From NCBI GenBank assembly GCA_951406725.2, contig OX597815.1, positions 87,110,001-87,174,000 on the forward strand: DNA of 64,000 nucleotides. Direction: 5' to 3'. Position 1 is the stretch's first letter. Every line of letters starts with the position of its first letter. Source of the stretch: Octopus vulgaris. Lineage: Eukaryota. The translations under genes and the position numbers were made by a program. Positions 53,257 through 64,000 of this stretch are shown here, one piece after another. The notes under the pieces are model-generated. The model was not told the DNA's origin and made no database searches. It saw nothing but the letters and a program-made list of their open reading frames with translations.

Positions 53257-53745
53257 AGGTAGCGAGCTGGCAGAATTGTTAGCATGCCGGGTGATATGCT
53301 AAGCAGTATTTCGTCTGCCACTGCGCTCTGAGTTCAAATTCTGCCGAAGTCGATTTTGCATTTCATCTTTTCGGGGTCGATACATTAAGTACCAGTAAAA
53401 GACTGGGGTCAACTAGTCCCCTACCCAAAAATTTCAGGCCTCGTCTCTATTGTTGTTAAAGCAAGTGGCTTAATGGTTTAGGTGTTGCACACACAATCAT
53501 CAGATCGTGGGTTCGATCACCGGACAGGGAGCCGTGCGTCGTGTTCAAGAGCCAAACACTTCATTTCACGTTGCTATGCGATCATTTCGACATCTGACGT
53601 GTGGTATACTTGCGCACCTGTGGATTTGATGGTGTGAGCAATAGTACAGCACATACATTTGATCACTGCAAACAAATCATTTGTGCAGGTCGTTCAGCAA
53701 ACACTGAACACTCATACGTCGTCTTCGACGGGAGAGTTCACCATC
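53257..53745 (+). mobile_element. adjacent SINE family A (53257-53450) and family C (53460-53745) copies
   Basis: Recognisable heads and cores shared with other copies in the window. Confidence 0.8.
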
Positions 53746-53769
53746 GTTATTGTTATTATAACTAGTAGT

Positions 53770-54800
53770 AGTTTTATTAATATTTGTTCTATCTTTGTAA
53801 GATGTAGTTAAGTCCAGTTTCAATGGGGTTTGTGGAATATTCGACGTATTTAAATGGGTTAACTTATCTATAGCAGATAGGACTCTTTTATGAATAGTAT
53901 TGATTACTCTTTGGGTGTTGTTTTTTTTTTTGGTAAATTTTTGTTACTAGTCCTATTGTTAGAATTCGAGACTGATTTAATCTCTTTTGAATTATCATAT
54001 AGTGTTCTTTTTTAGGTCCTTTTTTTTTTCTTTGTCTTAATTTATAATGGTTTGCAGCAGGTACGTGCCAATAGTAATTACTCAGGGTAGGTAGTTGGAG
54101 ACCTTTATGAAGTAAAACACACGAAAACTAAGCGAAACACAGACGCACGACTGAGTTGAGGGCAGATTTACTTTTGCCTTTATGGCACATAAAGAAATCG
54201 GTGTTGTAGGAGTGTATGCAGCATGTGTATTACAGCAGTACTATACGTAGCTTAAATACTGAGATTGAAAAGCAGGGGCGAATTATTCCTACATAGGCGG
54301 CACGTCCCTGGTTTGCAGTTACTATGTTATTTCCCAAATTTGAGAAAGTGGAGTATGATAGTTTGGCTGTGGATGTATTAGATATCCTATGGTTTCTGTG
54401 CTGAGTGTGAAAGTTTTTCTTAAGGATGTTAAAGAACATTTTGGGAATATCATTTTTGAGTAACATCGAGTATGAAAGATTAACCCAGGTCACATTAGAT
54501 TTCAAAATTATTCCCTTTTTGTTTTTAATCATATTCAAGGAATGGTTATCCAGAATGCTATCCTTGTTTGCATGACACTTGTTGGTTTTCATAAGATCAA
54601 TACTAATATTGACACATTTTTTTATCAACCAGATAGTTATCTCTGATGTTGGATATCTCATTTCCACTGCAGGTAGGTACGTCTTTGGAATTGTTGGTTG
54701 TTCTCTTATAAGTTTAAGTGAGGATAAATATTACCTCCCAGTATTAATATTGCCTCTGTCACTAATAAATATTTCTTATTAGAATTTAGAGTACCTTTTA
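53770..54800 (-). mobile_element. Penelope-like element ORF remnant (RT-endonuclease linker)
   Basis: NVTWVNLSYSMLLKNDIPKMFFNILKKNFHTQHRNHRISNTSTAKLSYSTFSNL matches the PLE linker pattern WFNPPYS..V.TNI...F..L....F...H....IFN....K.SYS...N. Confidence 0.75.
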
Positions 54801-54944
54801 TGTAAGTTCTATAAGTTTCACTTTCTTTATTTTGTGGTATTTATCTTTGCTTGCATTTTCATTACTTGTTTCCTTTATAATGTTCATTTATCCATTATTT
54901 TTAATGCATATATCCTAACTGTTTAAGGTTTTATATATATACAC

Positions 54945-54993
<49 letters not shown>

Positions 54994-56348
54994 CAAAATA
55001 TAACAACACAACATATGTATACATGTGTATTCTTGTCTTGAATAGTGTGTATACACATGTGCATTATTCAAAACATATTTGCATTCTACAATCTCCTTTT
55101 CTTTTTTCAAATATTCTCTGTCACTTTTATATATCTAGTTTATTTTCCAAACATTATAACTATACTGATGATGGTAATCAAACTCAATCTACTTCCAGTG
55201 AATAAGTTTCAAGTCTGTCATTCTATGATGACCTGGTTTACAGTATGTAGATGTGTTTGTGGAGATGCATGTATTTGCATGAATATGCAAATGTGTGTCA
55301 AGTACTAACACAAAATATCAATTAAAAAACAATTGATAAATGCAATGTAAAAAAAAAATCTTGTAATATGATGTAATTAAAATTTTCTTTATAGTAAATT
55401 GTATTGCTTAGAAAGATTGACAGATGGAAAATTTCAGAGAATTTCTGAGGTAGAACGGGAAGTGGTGATTCAGTTTCTATATTAGGGAAACAAATGAAAA
55501 GACAAAATATCAACAGATTTAACATATAAATATTTCAAATAGAACTTTCAAGCAATCCTTTTATCATGCAATTATCATAGATTATAACTCAAAATAGAAT
55601 AAACTTTTATTATTCATCCAATTTGAGAAAAAAAAAAACAAACAAAGTCATTTTGTTAAGAGAGCTACAGAGGGTAAAGCCAATAGAATGTTGAACAAGG
55701 TATTAATAGTCCATGTCTTATAATTACCACTGACTTGTGTCCATGGTCAAGATACTAATCACAAATCTAGAAACTGGTATCATGTGTATGTTCAACTTTG
55801 CAGTGTATGCAACAGCAGGCAGGAGCACTATGTAATTGCAGAGTTCAGATCCTCCCATCAGTGTCACTTGGAGGGGTGTGTGATCCATTAAAATATCTTG
55901 CTCTTGATTCAGTTACCATATGGTATTCACAAAGACCCAATAGAATTTAAAAGATATTCTCACATTCTATCTACCTCACCTCTCTCTCTCTGTACACACA
56001 CACACAAGAAATTAAACGTATCATATCACAAAACATAAACTGGAAATTGGATTGCTACTTTTTGTTTTTGTTTTTCTATCACTCCCACTAATTATAGAAT
56101 TTCAGAATATAATAATGAACAAAACTAGTTTTACAGCAAATAATTTTACCGTTCTAATCTAATTTTTTTTAATAAAAAAGAAAAGAAAGAAAATGGCAAT
56201 ATTTTAAAATAGATGTAGGTTTAAAATGAAGATTTAAAAGCGGCTACTAATAAATCTCCATTAGAAAAAATATATCTTGAGTATCTTTTAAATCAGAATA
56301 CATCGAGTTATTTTACATAGGGGAGCATATAAAAAAAACTTGAACTGG

Positions 56349-56381
<33 letters not shown>

Positions 56382-58189
56382 ATAAAGAGAGAGACCGCAG
56401 TACACGTTAATCTTATCAGACGAAATGTTTTGTTGGAGAGAAAAATGGGTAAAATATCAAGGGGAGGAAAATCTTGACGGACAATTACATGGATTATGTC
56501 CCTTGGATTAGTACTCATTGGGTTCAACTGGGTTCTTCGACAGATAAATTGGGCTTTATGCTGAGAGTTTAAAAAGAAAATATAAATATTATTGACTGGA
56601 ATAGAGCAGAACTGTACCAGAATACCTATATTTTGGGGGAAAACAACGCTAATAATATTGGTATTAGAAGAGAATTTGGTACATTTTTTTTTCAATCCTA
56701 TATGAATGGCTTTCAATGGGTTTGAATTTACACCATAAAGGGACGTAACTGAATACAACATTTTTAGTGATTCTTTGGCATGAGGCCACGAATTTGTAAT
56801 AAAAATGGGTCGTTGATTGAATCGATTCGCAGTATATAATAGTTACTTGCTTTATCAACACCTGAGAGCTGAAATGTTAAGCCAGCCTTGGCAGGATTTG
56901 AACTCAAAATGCAATGAATAGGTGAAAATAACAAGAAATACCAATAGTGCTTTCAAATAGGGAAAGGTGGAATAAGAGAATAGGAGTGGACTGCTAAGAA
57001 ACATGTAATATAAGTGAAGAAATTAGAGAAAATATCTCTATGAAAAATTAAATGAATTATAAAAATGTTACTTACAATAAACAAAGCTGATGCATTTTTT
57101 AGCTTCAGTAATGTAATGTGAGGCTAGTCTTGACTTAGATAAGTGCTTAGTCTATCAGAGGTAAACTGTCTTTTAAAAAATTCAGTTGTAACTCCAATTC
57201 TCACTCTATGTGAAGCAAAGCATAAAAATTTAAATCTACTGCTCAGAGATAACAAGTAAACAGTGACACTAGATTATAAATTCAAGACTCATGAGTTGTT
57301 AGCTGAGTACTCTTTACATTTGACCATTTCTATTACTTTTTAAATAGATTGTTTGAAATAAAAAGAAAACAAAAACAGAGAAAATATCAAATTACCAGAA
57401 AGAGGGGAATCTTGATAAATTAGTGAAACAAACATTCCAACAATTCTAAACAATGTTTTTAAAAACATTTCGGTTTAATCTAAAATCTGTACACATCTAT
57501 TTGGAAAACAGTAAAACATAATATTTAGCTACTAAACATTTAAAAGACACTCAAAAATTGTGTAAGTGTGCATAATATATAAAAATATATTTATGTATAC
57601 AAGAAAAGCATTATTTATATATGGTTCTATAACAAACAGCTCTGTGGTTTGGGTTGTTATTTTATATATTTTTTTCTCTCCTACAGTGATACAGCAGAAA
57701 ATTTTTCAATGTTGCCAAAATACAGTTTTTCCTGTTTTTTGTTTTAATATTTGATAACCTAATTTGTATTACCATCTTACAGATATAGATACCACTCCAA
57801 AGGGTAGCTATCCCACAGGGACCTTATATTTTGTACAAAACATCATTCTACTTATTACATTGTTATTATTCTCAGTTGCATAGCTGCCTTCCAAGAATTC
57901 TAAGCAGGCAGATGCATTCATTCAAAAATCCTACAACATGACAGACAGACAGAGAAAGAGAATATGAAAATATTAATCATCAATGAATTGCAACATTTTT
58001 AATTTCATCAGTAGAAATATAAACTTCATGTCAAATTTGGGGATAAATTCTTAACTTCCAAAAACTGAAACTGCTTGAAACATTTATCCCCTTCTCTTAC
58101 CAAAGCAGAGTAAAAATATTTTTTTTATATATAGTACCTTCATTAAGAAAACTGTCTCTTGAAAATTATTAATTTTACTATTGATACCA

Positions 58190-60560
58190 CTATAAGTATT
58201 AACACTGAAGTTCTGTAATGCAACATTAACTTCAGGAAACTGGCCAGCCAGCCACCTGATCACATAGAAATCAGGCAAACCCACAAATTGACTTCTTACA
58301 CATCAGGAAACAAACAGATGGTAGCAAATATCGAATCTTACCACAATGAAGAATGTATCACTAACAAAGACTAGTGATTAGTGACATTACACAACATGAA
58401 GAAAGAAGATATGGAAGCTGAAAGATTCCTCTGCTAGATGTAGGTTCAAAAAAAGGTGACGAGCATATTGAAAAGAAAGAGGAGATTGAGACCTATAACA
58501 CAGAAGACAACAGAGTTTCTATAAGACAACTTGCTGTGAAACAGAGAACAGATCTGTGGATGGTTCAAAATCCTAGTCAGGTAATAAAATGTGACATAAT
58601 GGTAGAATGGGGTGGTGGATAGGGCCAGTGTAGCTAGACGCAAACCTAGAAAGACTGGAAGAGGGGAGCAAAATACTACATCAGATATCAGGTACACACA
58701 GCAATGCAGGAGGTTGAAAGAAGCTTGCCAGTGTTTTACAGTGTGAGGATCAGATGCATGAGATGTTCCTGGTTGTAAAACATTGTGTCAATATCAATTA
58801 GATATTGGTAGGGAAAAGTGTGTGTGACTGTAACACACTCATCCTTACTGGCACCAAGAAAGAAAAAACTTGAAAATGTTACTACGAAAGGTCGCTGAAA
58901 GAGGGAAATATGTAGAAGAAAGGTACTATCCCAAGTAGAGCCAACAAAGGGACCAGCTATTGAAGTTGACTGCTATATTGTCAAAAGTGCTATTAAGGGT
59001 ATGAATGCAGGAATAGTTGCTGAGATATTGAAAATATTCAGTGAAGTAGGCTATATGCTAAACACTTACATAATCTATTAGTATATAGGTGTCATACCAA
59101 CATTATTGGTATGGTAGTACCATCATCGACTGCTACAAGGACAAGGAGATGCTCTGGAAAGATTTAACAATAGAGTCACCAACATGGTTTAAGTTATGAA
59201 AGTAACTGAAAGTATTATAGCACCACAGATTAGGAAGAGAATTAGCTTAGATGAGAGGCAATTTAGATTTTTCCAGGATGAAGTACTACTACTACTCTTT
59301 TCCTCTTGAAAAAGGAAGCAGTTTTAACTGAATGCAAGCCACTATAGCATTCATTGACCTGGAAAAAGTATTTGGTTGGGTACCATGCTCTGAAGTCTAT
59401 AGTGGTCATTAAGAAAACTAAACATAAATGAAGTGCTTGAAGGAGCTGTGCAAGCCATGTACAGATAGACTGTAAGCAAGAAGAGAGGTAGCAGGTTCAG
59501 TGAGAAATCTGATGTGGAGGTAGGTGTCAATCAGTGTTGGTTCTCTGCCTCCTTTTGTTTACAATAGTTCTCTAAGCCATGGCAATGCACTGGAACTCAT
59601 GTATACCAATGATACTGTTCTTCTAACTGAAACTGTTTAAGATTTATGGAAGAAATTCCTAATGTGATAGCAAAACCTAGAATTGAGAGTCTTCAAAGTG
59701 AACCCAGCAAATATTAAAGTCAATTTAACAGGAAAGAAAACAGGATTCTACTGTCATCTGGAAAGTGGTCTTATTCAATATGCAGAAAAGAAGTACATAA
59801 GAATTCCATACACAATGTACCCAGCATAAATTATAGGTGCATATGAGATACAGAGAAATGAAAGGCAGACTGAAAGAGAAGGAAGACTTCATATGCAACA
59901 GATGCACAAGAATAGTTAGCAATAAGAGCACCCATGGAATAAATATTTCAAATGTTCAGAAGGCTTACTAAAAATAGTTTCATAGCTTCTATTGCTTCTG
60001 AGATCTAATAAGCACTGAATATGAGTGTTTTGAAAGTATAGTAAACAGAGTAAAAATGAGGTAGAAAAGAAGTTCAGGGCATTATTGTTTCTACTGATAA
60101 CAAGGGGATTCTCAATCCAAATAAAAGGCAGATTGTATGATGGTTGTATAAAAGTGTAATTTTGCATGGTAGTGAAACAAGGGTATTGAATGTAGAAAAT
60201 GTATAACAACAGAGGGAAAAAAAAGTATGCTCCACTGGGTGTGAACTGTTAGTCTGCATGAGTGATGAAGTACAAATGAGGGAAGAGAAAAACTGGGTAT
60301 AAGAGGAATCAGGTATAGTTTGGGGCTGGTTCAAACATATAACACACGTGGAAGATGATATTTGTGTGAAAAAGTGCCAAGCAATCCAGGTGGAAGGAAT
60401 CTGTGAAAGAGGAAGACTAAAGAAGACACAAGAAGTGGTGAAAGCTGATATCAAGAGGCTGGCCTTCATGAAAGAAATTACAAAGGACCACAACATGTGG
60501 TAATATGCTGTGTCAGAGAAGACCTGTCCAAATCATGCATGCTTAGAAAAACAGCATAAA
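58190..60560 (+). mobile_element. old RTE-clade LINE (RT domain and C-terminus), heavily decayed
   Basis: Degenerate motifs in order: QFRF.PG (59260), FIDLEKVF..VP (59350), GVNQ..VL..LLF (59520), MYTNDTVL for YADD (59600), GWFKHI for RWFGHV (60325) and RGRLKKT (60410). Confidence 0.8.
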
Positions 60561-60619
60561 ATATTGAGGATGATGAGGAGATTAATAATAATAATAATAA
60601 TAATAACAATATCAATAAT

Positions 60620-61044
60620 GATTTCTAATTTTGGCACGTCTACCATTTTATGAAAGGGATGTACTCGATTTTATTGACCTCAGTGCATAACTGGGTCAAA
60701 TTTATTGATGCCATATGATTAAAAGGCAAAGTTATTTCTGGCAGGATTTTATGTGAGAGCATTAAATGTCTTCCCTACTCTCTCTGCCATTCCAAATAAT
60801 AATAATAATAATAGTAGTAGTAGTAGTAGTAATAATAATGAAAATTGTTTCAAATTTTGACACAAGGCCAGTAATTGTAAAAGGAGGGCATTAGTCAATT
60901 ACATCAAATAAATGAATACCAGTACTCAACTGGTATTTCTTTTATCAAACCTAAAAGGATGAAAGACAATGTTGGCTACAACAGGGCTTAAACTCAGAAC
61001 ATAAAGAACTGAAAGAAATATTGCAAAGCATTTCTTCTGACACT

Positions 61045-61082
<38 letters not shown>

Positions 61083-61560
61083 TGATGATGATGATGATAA
61101 TAGTTTCAAATTTTTCTACAAAGGCAGCAATCCTGGGGGAGAGGATAAGTTGATTTCATCGACCCCAGTGTTTCACTGGTACTTAATTTATCGACCCCCA
61201 AAAGGATGAAAGGCAAAGTCAACCTCAGCAGAATTCAAACTCAGAATGTAGCGACAGGTAAAATACCACTAAGCATTTCGTCCAGCATGCAAACAATTCT
61301 GCCAGCTCACTGCCTTAATAATAATAATAATAATGATGATGGTGGTTTTAAATTTTGGCATCAGGCCAGTAATTTCAGGAGAGGGTGAAAGTCAATTACA
61401 TTGATCTCAGTACTCAACTGGTACTTATTTTATCAACTCCAAAACGATGAAAGGCAAAGTTGACCTCACTCAGCAACATTTGAACTCAGAACATAAAGAC
61501 AGACAAAATGTCACTAAGCATTTTGTCCGGAGTGCTAATGATTCTGCCAGCAAACTGGCT
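60620..61560 (-). mobile_element. four SINE family A copies separated by (AAT)n, CpG-decayed
   Basis: Repeated reverse-complement cores with CG changed to TG/CA. Confidence 0.8.
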
Positions 61561-62125
61561 TAATGATAATAATCATAATAATAATAATAAGTCCTTGAAT
61601 CAAGCCCAAGTACCACAAAGAAGCTATCAATTTTACACCATTGCAAAACTATTTAAAATCTAGAACAACAATAGTCGTAGTAGTATTAAAAATAATAATA
61701 ATTATTATTATTATTATTATAGTGCAATATTAAATTACCACACTTCAGAGAAATGAAGATATACAAAGAAAACATCATTGACATGGTCACATTTGCACAT
61801 TTAAATTCTAATCTAGTAAGAAAAAAAATAAATCAATAGATTAATCCAAGACTTTTGGGGGCATTTTTTAAAGGGGTTTTTTTTTTCTTTTTTAAGGAAA
61901 AATATTCTTCATAAGCCACTATTCTAAGAGGTCACAGACCGTCTTTAAGCAAAATAAAAAAGAAAGATAAAATTGAAAGTGAAAATAGTTGTCAATATAG
62001 TGAAATATTAAAATAAAAAAATTAAAATTAGATTCTTGAACTCTGCTCAGTTTTATTGAAATGTTATAACAGAAAAGAAATAAAAATGCATGTGTGTGTG
62101 TGTGTGTGTGAACATGTATGTGCAT

Positions 62126-62187
<62 letters not shown>

Positions 62188-62633
62188 TTTTTATTTAATG
62201 AAAAGTGACTGACAGGAATAGTTCTGTGACATTCATGGAATTTCATCAGAGAATGGAATATCCATGATGGTTCCTCACTTATATAAGTTTGTGTTTAAGT
62301 GGGCTTAGACAAGACTACTAACTGTCTTGTCCAGTCTCACATGGGTATGTGGGGGAGTAATTGCCATTACTAATGTTGTCCAACTTTCTGATGAATTTTC
62401 CATTATTCTAACCAGAATAATTAATATTGCAAGAGTCACTTCTTATTAAATAAATTACTATACTCTTCTTGGTGTACTGAATACCTTGCTTTAATTGATT
62501 TCTAATACAATTAATAACAACAATAATGTACATGCATATACACATATACAAACATGCACACACACATACACACATATCAGTTTAAGTCATTGAAATATAT
62601 ATGTATATCATCATAAATATATATATATGCATG

Positions 62634-62667
<34 letters not shown>

Positions 62668-63634
62668 GATTTTGCAGCCCATCAAAACCTGAATGAACTG
62701 TTTTCAATGCTGGAATGCCCAACTTACTCTAAAACTGACAAAAGAATGAACTATTTCATAAAGAAGATCACAGATTAAAATACATTTCAATAAACCAATA
62801 CACAGCTAAAAGCATCATTTGCCAACGATATCAACATTTTTTACCCCCAAAAATCCTTTGCACTTTTCCCCTACAACCCAAATTTTCAATTGCAAAAGAC
62901 ACAAAGATGAATATAATTTGACAAGCAGACATATGTTTGTGACACACAGGATAAAATCTGTACATAAGTGATCAACAATTTAGTTAGCTTTTATTAAATC
63001 ATACAGAAGTTACTGGAAACTTTTACAGGTTGAATGTTAACAAAATATTTCTGCAAGAAACAGAATTCTTACCACAAAGATAAGTAGATAGGTAAACAGG
63101 CATGTATTCAGAATGTATGTGTGTGTGTATGTGTGTGTACATGTGTGTGTGTGTGAGTGTTTTGTTTTATTTTTCCAGTGTAACAGAACAAGAAAAAAAC
63201 ATGTAAAAAAAGAACAAACTTCAGTTTTAAACTGAAAGCTTTTATCATGGTTAAAATAAAAACAGCCTATAACAAAAGGTGGGGGTATATAACAGGCATA
63301 AGGAAGATGAGGCTTTCAAGATTGCAATCAATATGATTTAGGGGAATTAATCAACTGATCAAGTAAACAGCCATCGATGGGACGAGGGCTCCACTTTCAT
63401 TCATACAATCAAATACTTACAAACTATTACAGACTTGTGTCTGACAGTTTAACTGAAAGAGGAGAGGGGTTATAGCACATTCTTTTCTTCTTCTTGTCCT
63501 TTATTTTTCATCATCATTAATATATTTATTATGTTATTATTATAATTATTATTATCATATCATCATTATTAAAATTATCATTATTTTTACATAGGAATCT
63601 CTGGGTTGAAAGTGATGAAAAGGAAGAATTCCTC

Positions 63635-63790
63635 CTATATAATTGTTGAGTGCCGAACTGAGGAAGAATCCTTCTTTCGTAGACTTCCAGGACTGAGACT
63701 CGATTCAGAGTTGCCATCACCTGAACCTAATGTGTTACCATAAAACTTTTCTTGATCTTCTTTCTGGTGGAAAAACTCTTCTTCTAGTTT
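63635..63790 (-). CDS. SLK: terminal coding exon of STE20-like kinase SLK/STK10 (Slik) homolog
   Basis: Acceptor ttttattttatgcag| at 63791-63792, then KLEEEFFHQKEDQEKFYGNTLGSGDGNSESSLSPGSLRKKDSSSVRHSTII*. Together with the previous exon it matches the SLK/LOK C-terminus pattern ELxEWRExLRPRKKxLEEEF...QExFF. Confidence 0.88.
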   Translation of the reverse strand, partial: KLEEEFFHQKEDQEKFYGNTLGSGDGNSESSLSPGSLRKKDSSSVRHSTII

Positions 63791-63938
63791 CTGCATAAAA
63801 TAAAATTACAAATTTAAGAGCTTGAAACAAAGCAGTAAATCAAAGATTCAATTAAAAAAACTCAAGCAAATATTATATAATGAACGATTTAGTCATTAAA
63901 ATTACTGTCATATTGAAAGATCCAATGCATTGACTTAC

Positions 63939-64000
63939 CTGTTTCCGCGGAATCAACTCACTTTTCCATTTACGTAGTTCATTTTGATACTGGTCATCTA
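63939..64000 (-). CDS. SLK: penultimate coding exon of the SLK/STK10 homolog (continues beyond the window)
   Basis: DDQYQNELRKWKSELIPRKQ|GTAAGT, a phase-0 donor joining in frame to the 63790 exon across a 148-bp intron. Confidence 0.88.

Noticed and set aside
63529-63720. Track ORF MMATLNRVSVLEVYERR...
   Set aside because: It is an alternative frame overlapping the true SLK terminal exon and 3' UTR.

Overview
This is eukaryotic, AT-rich, microsatellite-saturated DNA. The SINE families and the density of (TA)n/(TACA)n/(GATA)n suggest a coleoid cephalopod such as Octopus (inference). Nearly all ORFs in the supplied track are microsatellite artefacts. Real genic content is on the minus strand. 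It comprises the last two coding exons of an SLK/STK10 (Slik) Ste20-family kinase at the right edge, and two large unidentified coding exons (36293-37286 and 25587-26106) that both end in phase-1 donors and look like alternative N-terminal exons of a gene continuing leftwards. The rest is transposon debris: three mariner elements, MITEs, Helitrons, RTE, Tx1/L1 and R4/Dong LINEs, a Gypsy-like fragment, three Penelope-like element (PLE) ORF remnants and several tRNA-derived SINE families. The most striking unannotated layer is a set of roughly a dozen type I hammerhead-ribozyme motifs from about six unrelated sequence families. Most have palindromic stem III, most sit in or beside (TA)n, and several lie in divergent inverted-repeat cassettes. 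One cassette has a Pol III tRNA-like head reading directly into the ribozyme, a candidate PLE-mobilised ribozyme-SINE. A second notable pattern is SINE multimers that grow by 184-bp circularly permuted units.
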